The notes: generated from the sequence alone by a model not told the origin. A stretch of DNA of 32,000 bases from Dickeya solani IPO 2222 (GCF_001644705.1 NZ_CP015137.1:4860001-4892000); one strand, 5' to 3'; numbered from the stretch's first letter, positions 16,957 to 26,663 are shown. Program-made: numbers and translations.

Positions 16957-17139
16957 CGTTATAAAAAAAGCCCCCAACCATCAGACCAGGGGCTTTTGAA
17001 TACCATTCAAATCACGGCAGAACACGGCGGCGAAAATCTCGACGATTTCGGCGTGAGTCACTTTTTCTGGGTGATCAGACCGCTGGCATCTTTTAACATA
17101 TTTGCCACCAGCAAGAAGCTATCTCTTCTGAGATACCGT
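16957..17139. repeat. diverged direct-repeat copy A of the ADH 3' end + terminator
   Basis: By eye this aligns with 17814..17998. I estimate about 85% identity in the terminator and last ~25 codons, decaying further in. The estimate is not computed. Confidence 0.75.
17017..17139 (-). pseudogene. 3' fragment (about 41 codons) of an iron-type alcohol dehydrogenase gene
   Basis: The minus strand translates to ...[41 protein letters not shown]. The intact gene's C-terminus is ...[39 protein letters not shown]. The stop codon is replaced by TGC. There is no upstream coding continuation, because it abuts the doc stop codon. Confidence 0.7.
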
Positions 17140-17517
17140 TTATTTTTCCACCCGTTGTCTTAATTGTTCGGCGAGTTCCGACACCAGGCATTCTCCGGTT
17201 GCCGCCTTAATGGTGAGTTCTTCCAGCGAATTATCGTTATCGACAATCAATATGCCATTGCGGCGCAAAAATGTCATGGTAACAAAAAAAGCAGTGCGTT
17301 TATTGCCATCATTAAAAATATGACCACGAGCAATAGTTACCCAATACGTCGCCGCCAACTCAAACAGTTCGGTCACACCTTCATAATAAAGACGGTTTTG
17401 TACTCGATAAATCAACTCCTCAGCCCGACCCGGATCAGCCATACCCACCACACCAGGCAACACCTGCAAAATACGATCATGGAAGTCAATGACGTCCTGC
17501 GCACTCACCCATTTCAT
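17140..17517 (-). CDS. doc: Doc toxin (Fic/Doc family kinase, death-on-curing)
   Basis: 125 aa with the Fic/Doc motif HIFNDGNKRTA. It has a 4-nt ATGA overlap with the upstream antitoxin gene. Confidence 0.9.
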   Translation of the reverse strand: MKWVSAQDVIDFHDRILQVLPGVVGMADPGRAEELIYRVQNRLYYEGVTELFELAATYWVTIARGHIFNDGNKRTAFFVTMTFLRRNGILIVDNDNSLEELTIKAATGECLVSELAEQLRQRVEK

Positions 17518-17735
17518 CTGTCGGCGAGCGCTTTGATTGTGTGTCCGTGGCGCTGCATGATGAAATCGAATTCAGCGTCTAATCTGGCTTTCTGATAAGC
17601 CTCAAACTCTGCTTTGGGGATGAGTACAGCCGAGGTGCCATCCCGACGCTTAATCTCTACCGGCTCACCGCTGGCCGCCGTATCAATGACTGTCGCAATA
17701 TTTTGCCGGGCTTCAGTAATGGTATAAGTCTTCAT
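17514..17735 (-). CDS. phd: Phd/YefM-family antitoxin
   Basis: 73 aa. MKTYTITEARQNIATVIDTAASGEPVEIKRRDGTSAVLIPKAEFEAY is a typical Phd/YefM N-terminal fold. It is translationally coupled to doc. Confidence 0.85.
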   Translation of the reverse strand: MKTYTITEARQNIATVIDTAASGEPVEIKRRDGTSAVLIPKAEFEAYQKARLDAEFDFIMQRHGHTIKALADR

Positions 17736-17749
17736 GGCACCCCCTTAAA

Positions 17750-17770
17750 ATGTACATTTCAAGTGTACAT
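17750..17770. promoter_or_regulatory. candidate phd-doc operator: two TGTACA palindromes 13 bp apart
   Basis: ATGTACAT lies at 17750..17757 and GTGTACAT at 17763..17770, which is 15-35 nt upstream of the phd ATG. TA operons are classically autoregulated at tandem palindromes. Confidence 0.5.
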
Positions 17771-17813
17771 CTGATTAGTAAAATAGACCATCAGCTATGC
17801 CGCGTTAATGCGA

Positions 17814-17998
17814 CGTTATAAAAAAAAGCCCCCAACCATCAGGCCGGGGGCTTTTCAATACCATCCAAATCACAATCAGAACGCGGCGGCGAAAATCTCG
17901 ACGATTTCAGCGTGAGTCGCTTTTTTCGGGTTGGTCAGACCGCAGGCGTCTTTCAGCGCGTTGTCCGCCAGAATGCTGAAGTCTTCTTCTTTCACGCC
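17814..17998. repeat. direct-repeat copy B (functional 3' end + terminator of the ADH gene)
   Basis: Partner of 16957..17139. The two copies bracket the 674-bp phd-doc cassette (17140..17813). Confidence 0.75.
17819..17856 (-). terminator. rho-independent terminator of the ADH gene
   Basis: Stem AGCCCCC (17827..17833) / GGGGGCT (17846..17852). On the minus strand it is followed by a T8 run. It lies about 20 nt after the ADH stop. Confidence 0.8.
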
Positions 17999-19024
17999 CA
18001 GATCTTTCAATCCGGCCGGGATACCGACATCGTGCGCCATCTGGCTGATCGCCGCGATCGCCGCATCAGCCGCCTGCCGATCGCTCAGCCCGGCGACATC
18101 CACACCCAGCGCTACCGCAACGTCTTTCAGACGCCCGGCGGCCACAGTTGCGTTGTAGCGTTCAACGTGCGGCAGCAGCACCGCGTTGCACACCCCGTGC
18201 GGCAGGTTATAGAAGCCGCCCAACTGGTGCGCCATCGCATGAACATATCCCAGCGATGCGTTGTTGAACGCCATGCCGGCCATAAACTGGGCGTAAGCCA
18301 TTTGCTCGCGCGCCACCATGTTTTTGCCGTCTTTGACCGCATCACGCAGATGGTCGCGGATTAGCTCAATCGCTTTGATCGCCACCGCATCGGTAATCGG
18401 GTTAGCGGCGGTCGAGACATAGGCTTCAATGGCGTGGGTTAAGGCGTCCATCCCGGTAGCGGCGGTCAGCGAGGCCGGCATGCCGACCATCAGGACTGGG
18501 TCGTTGACGGACATCACCGGCGTCACGTTTTTATCCACGATCGCCATTTTCACATGACGCACTTCATCGGTAATGATGCAGAAACGGGTCATTTCAGACG
18601 CGGTGCCCGCCGTGGTGTTGATGCCGATCAGCGGCAACTGCGGCTTGGCGGAAACATCCACGCCTTCATAGTCGGCGATCTCGCCGCCGTTGGTCGCCAG
18701 CAGCGCGATCCCTTTGGCGCAGTCGTGGGAAGACCCCCCGCCCAACGACACCACGCAATCGCTGTGGTTCGCCTTCAGAATCTTCAGACCAGCATCCACG
18801 TTGGCGACGGTCGGGTTCGGCTGCACGCCATCATAAATGGCGCTGTCGATCTGGTACTTTTTCAGCAGTTGCTGCACGGAGGCGGCGACGCCGATTTTGT
18901 TTAGCACGCCGTCAGTCACGATCAAGGCATGTTTGAAACCCTGCAACTGAATCTGCCTGGCCGCTTCCTCTAACGCACCCTCACCCATCAGGTTCAAGGC
19001 CGGAATATAAAATGCGCTGCTCAT
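17876..19024 (-). CDS. yiaY: iron-containing (group III) alcohol dehydrogenase, YiaY / ADH-II-like
   Basis: 382 aa. There are long stretches matching what I remember of E. coli YiaY and Zymomonas AdhB: [96 protein letters not shown]. Confidence 0.85.
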   Translation of the reverse strand: MSSAFYIPALNLMGEGALEEAARQIQLQGFKHALIVTDGVLNKIGVAASVQQLLKKYQIDSAIYDGVQPNPTVANVDAGLKILKANHSDCVVSLGGGSSHDCAKGIALLATNGGEIADYEGVDVSAKPQLPLIGINTTAGTASEMTRFCIITDEVRHVKMAIVDKNVTPVMSVNDPVLMVGMPASLTAATGMDALTHAIEAYVSTAANPITDAVAIKAIELIRDHLRDAVKDGKNMVAREQMAYAQFMAGMAFNNASLGYVHAMAHQLGGFYNLPHGVCNAVLLPHVERYNATVAAGRLKDVAVALGVDVAGLSDRQAADAAIAAISQMAHDVGIPAGLKDLGVKEEDFSILADNALKDACGLTNPKKATHAEIVEIFAAAF

Positions 19025-19395
19025 AGATCACCATCCATTTATTACAGAGTCTTAACTTACAGCCATCCTAGCATTGACATTTCCCGGCAAAATTGACCGA
19101 AAACAAACTTCATCCACTCTTCGCTAAAAGGCTGAACCGTTTTTTCTGAGGAATATCATGGAGGAATGAAAAAACCGCACCGCACAAATAAACAATTATT
19201 TTACTTTAGAACTGGACATAAAACCGGCGTAACGGGGCGAACGGTATTTTCGTTGTAAACAAGCGGGTCAATCTGCCGTTATTACATAGATTACGGCCTG
19301 AAAAGGTGTTACATCGGCGCATCGCGCCAGACCAAACCGTATCAGTATTAGTGAACGGATACAGGCTGTCGTATCATGACCACTCGGGGCTTTTA

Positions 19396-19866
19396 ATGTC
19401 GACAATACCCATGACGAATGAGATCACATTTAAGGTGATCGGCGATATCAGTACGGCCAGCGCCTGTAGCGCTGCGCTGGTGGTACTCGTCGATCCGTAC
19501 GGAAAAATCCTGCTGCAATTGCGGGATGCAGATAAAGACATTCCCTACCCCGGTTACTGGTCGCTGTTCGGCGGCGGACTTGAAGGTGAAGAGACGCCCG
19601 CCCAGGCGGCGGTGCGTGAATTAAATGAAGAAATCGGCATCATCCTTGACGATCGGGATCTGACGCCGCTGATCGTCACGCTGTCGGATGACAGTAAAAA
19701 CGCCCGGATTTATATCTTCTCCCTGACAACAACGCTGACGCCGGGCGATATCGTCCTGCAGGAAGGCTCCGGGTTCGCCTTCTTCACCCGGGAACAAATC
19801 GCGCATTTGCCGGTTGTGCCCTACGTCATGCGCGCTCTGAACCTGCTCTGGCGCAACACGCACTGA
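19396..19866 (+). CDS. NUDIX hydrolase
   Basis: ORF 19306..19866. I prefer the ATG at 19396 (MSTIPMTNE...), though 19411 is also possible. The Nudix box GGGLEGEETPAQAAVRELNEEIG matches GX5EX7REUXEEXGU. Confidence 0.8.
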   Translation: MSTIPMTNEITFKVIGDISTASACSAALVVLVDPYGKILLQLRDADKDIPYPGYWSLFGGGLEGEETPAQAAVRELNEEIGIILDDRDLTPLIVTLSDDSKNARIYIFSLTTTLTPGDIVLQEGSGFAFFTREQIAHLPVVPYVMRALNLLWRNTH

Positions 19867-19885
19867 TTCTCCCGCCGAAAATGAC

Positions 19886-19913
19886 AACGCGATACGCCGG
19901 AGCGTATCGCGTT
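19886..19913 (-). terminator. hairpin AACGCGATACGC-CGGA-GCGTATCGCGTT, likely narI terminator (possibly bidirectional)
   Basis: Perfect 12-bp stem, read directly. On the minus strand it is followed by GTCATTTTC. It lies between the convergent NUDIX and narI genes. Confidence 0.6.
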
Positions 19914-19937
19914 AACCATACCGAATGCCGCGCGGCG

Positions 19938-20615
19938 TTAGTGCCGGTTTCTGACCAGCTGATAACGACGGGTCAGATACTCAACCGGCGCGCTCCAGAT
20001 ATGCACCAGCCGGCAGAACGGGAACAGCAGGAACAGCGTCATCCCCAGCACCAGATGCAGGCGGAAAATCAGCGCCACGCCATCCAGATGCGCCGCCGCG
20101 CCGCCGCGGAACGTCACTACCGTCTGCGCCCAGTTCACCAGCTTCATCATCTCGCTGCCGTCCATGTGTTGCGCGGAAAACGGGATAGTCAGCAGCCCCA
20201 GCGCCGCCTGAATCACCAGCAGCGACATGATCAAGATGTCGCCGGTGGTTGACGTGGCACGCACCCGCGGATTCGTCAGCCGACGCTTCAGCAACAGCAC
20301 GCCGCCCACCAGCGTCAGCACGCCACACGTCCCGCCGCCGATCATCGCCATCTTCTGTTTTATTTCCAGCGGCAGGAACGACTCGTACATCCAGTGCGGC
20401 GTCATCATGCCCAGAAAATGGCCGCCCAGCACGCCCAAAATCCCGAGGTGAAACAGGTTCGAGGCCAGCCGCATGCCCTTCTTATCCAGCATCTGGCTGG
20501 AGCCGGCGCGCCAGCTGTACTGACCGTAGTCGTAGCGCAGCCAGCTGCCGATCAGAAAAACCGCGCCGGCGATGTAGGGGTAGATATCAAACAAAAACAG
20601 ATTGAGATAATGCAT
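19938..20615 (-). CDS. narI: respiratory nitrate reductase A, gamma (cytochrome b) subunit
   Basis: 225 aa, polytopic membrane protein with conserved His residues. It is the last gene of the narGHJI-ordered cluster and overlaps the narJ stop by 1 nt. Confidence 0.9.
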   Translation of the reverse strand: MHYLNLFLFDIYPYIAGAVFLIGSWLRYDYGQYSWRAGSSQMLDKKGMRLASNLFHLGILGVLGGHFLGMMTPHWMYESFLPLEIKQKMAMIGGGTCGVLTLVGGVLLLKRRLTNPRVRATSTTGDILIMSLLVIQAALGLLTIPFSAQHMDGSEMMKLVNWAQTVVTFRGGAAAHLDGVALIFRLHLVLGMTLFLLFPFCRLVHIWSAPVEYLTRRYQLVRNRH

Positions 20616-21334
20616 CAGCAGTCTCCTTTGGCGCGTGACGCGTCAAGGTTCAGGTAGTGCGGCGCCACCGCGTCGACGAAACGACGCTGATGGCCAGTCT
20701 GTTGCGCCGGGGCGCAGCCCGCGTCGGCCAGAAAGCGGACCTGCTCCTCTTCCCACACCGCATCCAGCGCCTGCGGCGTGTCATCACGCTCCTCTTCCGC
20801 CACCTTCGCCGCCACGGATTCACGCGCGGGCTCGAATGCCGCCAGCGTTAGCAGCAGATCCGGCAACAAAGCATACTCGCTGTCGCGCTGGCGCAACCGC
20901 TCCGCCAGCAGCGTCAGGATCGGCGCAATATCGCGCAACCCATCGCGCACGGTCAGCGGATCGCGCAGCGTCAGGTACTCCAGATACAGCGGCAGGAAAT
21001 CCGGCAGTTCGCGGCAATCCAGCTCCAGCCCGACCTCACGGTACTGCGCCAGCAAATCCACCATCGCCTGACCACGGTCGCGCGACTCGCCGTGCACATG
21101 TTCGAACAGCAGCAGCGACAGCGCGCGGCCGCGGTCGAACAAATCGCTGTAGCGCGCCTGCCGGTCCAGCAGGTCGCCCCGATAAAAGTCGGCGATGAAC
21201 TGCAGCAGTTGCGCGCTCTGCTGTAGCGGCAGTTCGTCGGCCTGTTCCAGCGCTTCCAGCATGGCCTGCTGTTGCTGCCACAATTCCGCATCCGGATACT
21301 CCAGCAGCCGGGCGATAACGCGAAGACTGATCAT
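20615..21334 (-). CDS. narJ: nitrate reductase molybdenum-cofactor assembly chaperone
   Basis: 239 aa. [12 protein letters not shown]...[37 protein letters not shown]...[16 protein letters not shown] is near-identical in pattern to E. coli NarJ. Confidence 0.92.
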   Translation of the reverse strand: MISLRVIARLLEYPDAELWQQQQAMLEALEQADELPLQQSAQLLQFIADFYRGDLLDRQARYSDLFDRGRALSLLLFEHVHGESRDRGQAMVDLLAQYREVGLELDCRELPDFLPLYLEYLTLRDPLTVRDGLRDIAPILTLLAERLRQRDSEYALLPDLLLTLAAFEPARESVAAKVAEEERDDTPQALDAVWEEEQVRFLADAGCAPAQQTGHQRRFVDAVAPHYLNLDASRAKGDC

Positions 21335-22893
21335 GACTTGTTCTCCTGCATCCGCCGGTTGCTCATGGTCTGGGTTTTGCTGGTGACGTCGATGGCATCG
21401 ATACGCCGGCTGTTGAACAGATTGAACGACGAATCGCTGCCGTGGCAGCCGTCGCCAAAGCTGAAGCCGCAGCCGCGGGTTTCCGGAAACGCTTCCCGCG
21501 CCAGTTCCCGGTGGCTGGACGGCACCACAAAGCGATCCTCATAGTTGGCGATCGCCAGATAGCGGTACATTTCCTCGGCCTGCGCCTGCGTCAACCCAAC
21601 CTGCTCCAGCGCGCTGACATCGGTGACCTGCTCCACCGTCTGCGCCCGCTTGTAATGGCGCATCGCCAGCATACGCCGCAACGCGCGCAGCACCGGGCGG
21701 GTGTCGCCTGCGGTCAGCAGATTAGCCAGATACTGTACCGGGATACGCAGGCTCTCCACGTCCGGCAGTACGCCGCTGTGCGCCAACTGGCCCGCGTCGG
21801 CGGCGGACTGGATCGGCGACAACGGCGGCACGTACCACACCATCGGCAACGTGCGATATTCCGGGTGCAGCGGCAGCGCCAGTTGCCATTCCACCGCCAG
21901 CTTGTACACCGGAGATTGCTGCGCCGCGTCAATCACGCTGAGCGGAATGCCGTCGCGTTGCGCCTGCGCGATCACCTCAGGGTCGTGAGGGTCGAGGAAA
22001 ATATCCAGTTGACGGCCGTACAGATCGGTCTCGCTTTCTGCCGATGCCGCCTGCTCAATACGGTCGGCATCGTAAAGCAGGACGCCCAGATAGCGGATAC
22101 GCCCGACGCAGGTTTCCGAGCACAACGTCGGCATGCCGGATTCGATACGCGGATAGCAGAAAATACATTTTTCCGACTTGCCGCTCTTCCAGTTGAAATA
22201 GATTTTCTTGTACGGGCAGCCGGTCAGGCACATGCGCCAGCCGCGGCATTTATCCTGGTCGATCAGCACAATGCCGTCTTCCGCCCGTTTGTAGATGGCA
22301 CCGCTCGGGCAGGTGGCGACACAGGCCGGGTTCAGGCAGTGCTCGCACAGTCTGGGCAGGTACATCATGAAGGTGTTTTCGAACTGCCCGTACATCGCCT
22401 TCTGCATGTCGTCGAAGTTCTTATCCTTCGACCGCTTGCTGAACTCGCCGCCCAGATCGTCTTCCCAGTTAGGGCCGTTTTCGATCTTTTCCATACGCTG
22501 ACCGGTAATCAGCGAACGCGGACGCGCCACCGGCTGGTGCCGGCTTTCCCCGGCGCGTTGCAGGTGAGCATAGTCGTAGTCGAACGGCTCGTAATAATCG
22601 TCCAGCGCCGGGACGTCCGGGTTGGCGAAAATCTTCGACAGCACGCCGACGCGGTTGCCCATGCGCGGCACCAGTCGTCCGTTGATTTTGCGGATCCAGC
22701 CGCCCTTCCATTTTTCCTGATCCTCCCAGGCATGCGGATAGCCGGTGCCGGGCTTGGTTTCCACGTTGTTGAACCAGGCGTATTCCATCCCTTCGCGGCT
22801 GGTCCAGACATTCTTACAGGTCACCGAACAGGTATGGCAGCCAATGCATTTATCCAGATTCAGCACCATGCCGACTTGTGAACGAATTTTCAT
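21331..22893 (-). CDS. narH: respiratory nitrate reductase A, beta (Fe-S) subunit
   Basis: 520 aa with four Cys clusters (CIGCHTCSVTC, CEHCLNPACVATCP, CRGWRMCLTGCP, CIFCYPR...C). It has 4-nt overlaps with both narG and narJ. Confidence 0.95.
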   Translation of the reverse strand: MKIRSQVGMVLNLDKCIGCHTCSVTCKNVWTSREGMEYAWFNNVETKPGTGYPHAWEDQEKWKGGWIRKINGRLVPRMGNRVGVLSKIFANPDVPALDDYYEPFDYDYAHLQRAGESRHQPVARPRSLITGQRMEKIENGPNWEDDLGGEFSKRSKDKNFDDMQKAMYGQFENTFMMYLPRLCEHCLNPACVATCPSGAIYKRAEDGIVLIDQDKCRGWRMCLTGCPYKKIYFNWKSGKSEKCIFCYPRIESGMPTLCSETCVGRIRYLGVLLYDADRIEQAASAESETDLYGRQLDIFLDPHDPEVIAQAQRDGIPLSVIDAAQQSPVYKLAVEWQLALPLHPEYRTLPMVWYVPPLSPIQSAADAGQLAHSGVLPDVESLRIPVQYLANLLTAGDTRPVLRALRRMLAMRHYKRAQTVEQVTDVSALEQVGLTQAQAEEMYRYLAIANYEDRFVVPSSHRELAREAFPETRGCGFSFGDGCHGSDSSFNLFNSRRIDAIDVTSKTQTMSNRRMQENKS

Positions 22894-25800
22894 CGGGCTT
22901 TCTCCTGCAGATGAGGTTGCACATGGGAAGACAGGTCGTCATGGCTGTCCTCATCCAGCCAGTCGATACGGTTCATCTTGCGGACCACCACGAACTCATC
23001 GCGGTTGGAACCGACGGTGCCGTAATAATTAAAGCCATACGCCAGTTGGGCGTAACCGCCAATCATGTGGGTCGGTTTCGGGCAAACGCGCGTGACCGAG
23101 TTGTGGATGCCGCCGCGCTGGCCGGTGACTTCCGAACCGGGCAGGTTCACCAGTCGTTCCTGAGCGTGGTACATCATGGTCATGCCGGACGGAATACGCT
23201 GGCTGACTACCGCGCGGGCGGTCAGCGCGCCGTTGGCGTTAAACACTTCCACCCAGTCGTTGTCGGCGATGGTCAGCTCGCGGGCATCGTCCTCGCTCAG
23301 CCAGACAATCGGACCGCCGCGCCCCAAGGTCAGCATCAGCAGGTTTTCGCTGTAGGTGGAGTGGATACCCCACTTCTGATGCGGCGTCAGGAAGTTGAGC
23401 GCCTTTTCCGGGTTGCCGTTGGGCTTTTTATTCAGCAACGGCTGCGCGGCGCGGGTATCCACCGGCGGGCGATACACCAGCAGGCTCTCGCCGAAGGCGC
23501 GCATCCACTCGTGATCCTGATACAGCTGCTGGCGACCGGAAATCGTGCGCCACGGAATCAGTTCATGCACGTTGGTGTAACAGGCGTTATAAGACACATG
23601 CTCGTCTTCCAGGCCAGACCAGGTCGGGCTGGAAATGATTTTGCGCGGTTGCGCCTGAATATCCCGGAAGCGGATTTTCTCCTCCTCTTTCGGGTGCGCC
23701 AGATGGGTGTGATCGCGCCCGGTGACCTTGCTCAGCGCCGCCCAGGCTTTTACCGCCACCTGGCCGTTGGTTTCCGGCGCCAGCGACAGGATCACCTCGG
23801 CGGCGTCTATCGCACTGTCGATTCTCGGCCGGCCGGCGGCCGGGCCGTCTTCCTGCACCCGGTTCAGACGCTTGAGGAAATCGACTTCGTTTTGAGTATT
23901 CCAGCTGATGCCTTTACCGCCGTTGCCCAGCTTATCCAGCAACGGGCCCAGCGAGGTAAAGCGGGCATACAGGTTCGGGTAGTCGCGCTCCACCGTCATG
24001 ATGTGGGGTGCGGTTTTGCCCGGAATCAGATCGCACTCGCCTTTTTTCCAGTCTTTCACGCCCAGCGGCTGCGCCATTTCGGCCGCCGAGTCATGCTGAA
24101 TCGGCAGCGTCACCACATCGGTTTCCACCCCCAGATGCCCCTGACAGACGCGGGAGAAGGTTTTCGCCAGCCCTTTATAGATTTCCCAGTCGGTTTTCGA
24201 CTCCCAGGCCGGGTCAACCGCCGCCGACAGCGGGTGGATGAACGGATGCATGTCCGAGGTGTTCATGTCGTCCTTTTCATACCAGGTGGCGGTCGGCAAC
24301 ACAATGTCGGAATAAAGACAGGTGCTGGACATACGGAAATCAAGCGTGACCACCAGATCCAGCTTGCCTTCGCCGCCCTGCGCGCACCATTCCACCTCTT
24401 CCGGCGTCACGCCGCCCTGTTGGCCCAAATCCTGCCCCTGAATGCCGTGTTCGGTGCCCAGCAGGTACTTGAGCATGTACTCATGTCCCTTACCGGACGA
24501 CCCCAGCAGGTTGGAACGCCAGATAAACAGGTTGCGCGGGAAGTTTTCCGGGTTGTCCGGCTGCTCGGCGGCAAAACGCAGACGGCCGGCTTTCAGTTCC
24601 GCCACAGTGTAATCCTGCGGCGACATCCCGGCGGCGGCGGCCTGTTCGGCGATATGCAGCGGGTTTGCGCCCAGCTGCGGCGCCGACGGCAACCAGCCCA
24701 TGCGCTCGGCGCGCACGTTGAAATCGATCAGACTGCCGCTGAAACGGGATCGGTCCGCCAGCGGCGACAGCAGTTCCTGCGGCGCGATGGTTTCGTAACG
24801 CCACTGGCTGGAGTGGTTATAGAAGAACGAGGTGCTGTTCATATGACGCGGCGGACGCTGCCAGTCCAGCCCGAACGCCAGCGGCAGCCAGCCGGTTTGC
24901 GGGCGCAGTTTCTCCTGGCCGACATAATGCGCCCAGCCGCCGCCGCTCTGCCCGACACAACCGCAGAAGATCAGCATATTGATAATGCCGCGGTAGTTCA
25001 TGTCGAGGTGATACCAGTGGTTCATGCCCGCGCCGACGATAATCATCGAACGGCCGTGGGTCTTGTCGGCGTTATCGGCGAACTCACGGGCGATACGGAT
25101 GATATTCTGCCGCGACACGCCGGTAATCTGCTCCGCCCACGCCGGGCTGTACGCTTTCACCTGATCGTAGTCGGTCGCGCACTGCGCATCGTCCAGACCG
25201 CGATCCACACCGTAGTTGGCGAGCGTCAGGTCGTAAACGCTGGTAACCAGCGCTTCCTGACCATCGGCCAGCGTCAGGCGTTTGACCGGCAACCGATGCA
25301 GCAGCACTTCATCCAGTGCGACGCTGGCGAAGTTTTCACTGGATGCGCCGCCAAAATACGGGAAGCCGACGGACACCACCTCGTCGTGGTGGCCCAACAG
25401 GCTCAGTTGCAGATTGACGTCGCGCTGGTCGCTACCTTCGCGCTGTTCCAGATTCCATTTGCCCTGCTCGCCCCAGCGATAACCGATGGAGCCCTGCGGC
25501 GCGACCAGTTCGCCGGTCGGTTCATCAATGGCGATGGTTTTCCATTCCGGGTTGTTCTCCTGCCCCAGTTTTCCCACCAGATCGGCGGCGCGCAGCAAAC
25601 GCCCGGCGGCGTAGCTGCCATCCGCACGTTCCTCCAGCAGCACCAGCATCGGCATGTCGGTATAGCGGCGCACGTAATCGGTGAAGTACTGGCGCGGCTG
25701 TTTGAGATGGAACTCATTGAGGATCACGTGGCCCATCGCCAGCGCCAGCGCGCTGTCGGTGCCCTGCTTCGGATTCAGCCACTGATCGCACAGCTTGGCG

Positions 25801-26663
25801 ATTTCCGCATAATCCGGGGTGATGGCGACGGTTTTGGTGCCTTTATAGCGTACTTCCGCGAAGAAGTGGGCGTCCGGGGTGCGGGTTTGCGGTACGTTGG
25901 AACCCCAGGCGATGATGTACGACGAGTTATACCAGTCGGCCGATTCCGGCACGTCGGTCTGTTCGCCCCAGGTTTGCGGCGACGCGGGAGGCAGGTCGCA
26001 GTACCAGTCGTAAAAACTGAGGCATACCCCACCCAGCAACGACAGGTAACGGGCGCCGGCTGCGTAGGACACCATCGACATGGCCGGAATCGGCGAAAAG
26101 CCAATCACCCGGTCCGGACCGAAGGTTTTGGCGGTATACACGTTGGCGGCGGCGATCAGTTCATTCACCTCCTGCCAGTCGGCACGCACAAAACCGCCGC
26201 GCCCGCGTACCTGTTTGTATTCCTTCGTTTTGCTCGCGTCGCCGACAATCGACGCCCAGGCGTCCACCGGGTCGGCATGATGCTGACGCGCCTCGCGCCA
26301 CAGCTTCATCAAGCGCTTACGCACCATCGGATATTTCAACCGATTGGCGCTGTAGAGATACCAGGAATAGCTGGCGCCGCGCGGGCAACCACGCGGTTCA
26401 TGATTCGGCAGATCCGGCCGGGTGCGGGGGTAATCGGTTTGCTGCGTCTCCCAGGTGACCAGCCCGTTTTTGACGTAAATCTTCCAGCTGCACGAACCGG
26501 TACAATTGACGCCATGCGTCGAACGTACCACCTTGTCATGTTGCCAGCGGCTACGATAGCCGTCTTCCCAGTCACGGTTGGTATTCAGCGTCTGGCCGTG
26601 ATCGCCGGAAAACGGCTCGGCCAGCTGTTTGAAATAACGTAACCGGTCAAGAAATTTGCTCAT
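22890..26663 (-). CDS. narG: respiratory nitrate reductase A, alpha (Mo-bisMGD) subunit
   Basis: ORF 22890..26729. The ATG at 26663 gives MSKFLDRLRYFKQ..., the canonical NarG N-terminus, with a GGAG-complement 8 nt upstream. HGVNCTGSCSW is the FS0 cluster motif. Length is about 1257 aa. Confidence 0.95.
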   Translation of the reverse strand: MSKFLDRLRYFKQLAEPFSGDHGQTLNTNRDWEDGYRSRWQHDKVVRSTHGVNCTGSCSWKIYVKNGLVTWETQQTDYPRTRPDLPNHEPRGCPRGASYSWYLYSANRLKYPMVRKRLMKLWREARQHHADPVDAWASIVGDASKTKEYKQVRGRGGFVRADWQEVNELIAAANVYTAKTFGPDRVIGFSPIPAMSMVSYAAGARYLSLLGGVCLSFYDWYCDLPPASPQTWGEQTDVPESADWYNSSYIIAWGSNVPQTRTPDAHFFAEVRYKGTKTVAITPDYAEIAKLCDQWLNPKQGTDSALALAMGHVILNEFHLKQPRQYFTDYVRRYTDMPMLVLLEERADGSYAAGRLLRAADLVGKLGQENNPEWKTIAIDEPTGELVAPQGSIGYRWGEQGKWNLEQREGSDQRDVNLQLSLLGHHDEVVSVGFPYFGGASSENFASVALDEVLLHRLPVKRLTLADGQEALVTSVYDLTLANYGVDRGLDDAQCATDYDQVKAYSPAWAEQITGVSRQNIIRIAREFADNADKTHGRSMIIVGAGMNHWYHLDMNYRGIINMLIFCGCVGQSGGGWAHYVGQEKLRPQTGWLPLAFGLDWQRPPRHMNSTSFFYNHSSQWRYETIAPQELLSPLADRSRFSGSLIDFNVRAERMGWLPSAPQLGANPLHIAEQAAAAGMSPQDYTVAELKAGRLRFAAEQPDNPENFPRNLFIWRSNLLGSSGKGHEYMLKYLLGTEHGIQGQDLGQQGGVTPEEVEWCAQGGEGKLDLVVTLDFRMSSTCLYSDIVLPTATWYEKDDMNTSDMHPFIHPLSAAVDPAWESKTDWEIYKGLAKTFSRVCQGHLGVETDVVTLPIQHDSAAEMAQPLGVKDWKKGECDLIPGKTAPHIMTVERDYPNLYARFTSLGPLLDKLGNGGKGISWNTQNEVDFLKRLNRVQEDGPAAGRPRIDSAIDAAEVILSLAPETNGQVAVKAWAALSKVTGRDHTHLAHPKEEEKIRFRDIQAQPRKIISSPTWSGLEDEHVSYNACYTNVHELIPWRTISGRQQLYQDHEWMRAFGESLLVYRPPVDTRAAQPLLNKKPNGNPEKALNFLTPHQKWGIHSTYSENLLMLTLGRGGPIVWLSEDDARELTIADNDWVEVFNANGALTARAVVSQRIPSGMTMMYHAQERLVNLPGSEVTGQRGGIHNSVTRVCPKPTHMIGGYAQLAYGFNYYGTVGSNRDEFVVVRKMNRIDWLDEDSHDDLSSHVQPHLQEKAR

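Larger units (their letters stand above)
12548..17875. other. low-GC accessory island (defence + TA cargo) between gst and the Fe-ADH gene
   Basis: There is an abrupt visible drop in GC, and codon usage switches to A/T-ending codons, relative to the flanks. The cargo is orphan ORFs, a nuclease-HerA pair and phd-doc. The right end coincides with a duplicated ADH 3' end. Confidence 0.6.

Noticed and set aside
12548-17875. Search for an integrase, transposase, IS ends or a tRNA attachment site in the low-GC island
   Set aside because: No ORF with recombinase or transposase motifs was seen, and no tRNA-like sequence or terminal inverted repeats. The only boundary signature is the duplicated ADH 3' end.
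20227-22881. ORFs overlapping narI, narJ and narH in other frames or on the other strand (e.g. 20635..21198 +, 21442..22881 +, 20971..21291 -)
   Set aside because: They are nested in the well-supported nar genes. Their composition is that of off-frame high-GC translation (P/R/A-rich).
22878-26642. 1254-aa ORF on the plus strand, antisense to narG
   Set aside because: It is a mirror-frame ORF, typical of high-GC genes where stop codons are rare on the antisense strand. The translation is Arg/Gly/Ala/His-rich low-complexity sequence with no motif. By contrast, the minus strand encodes an unmistakable NarG.
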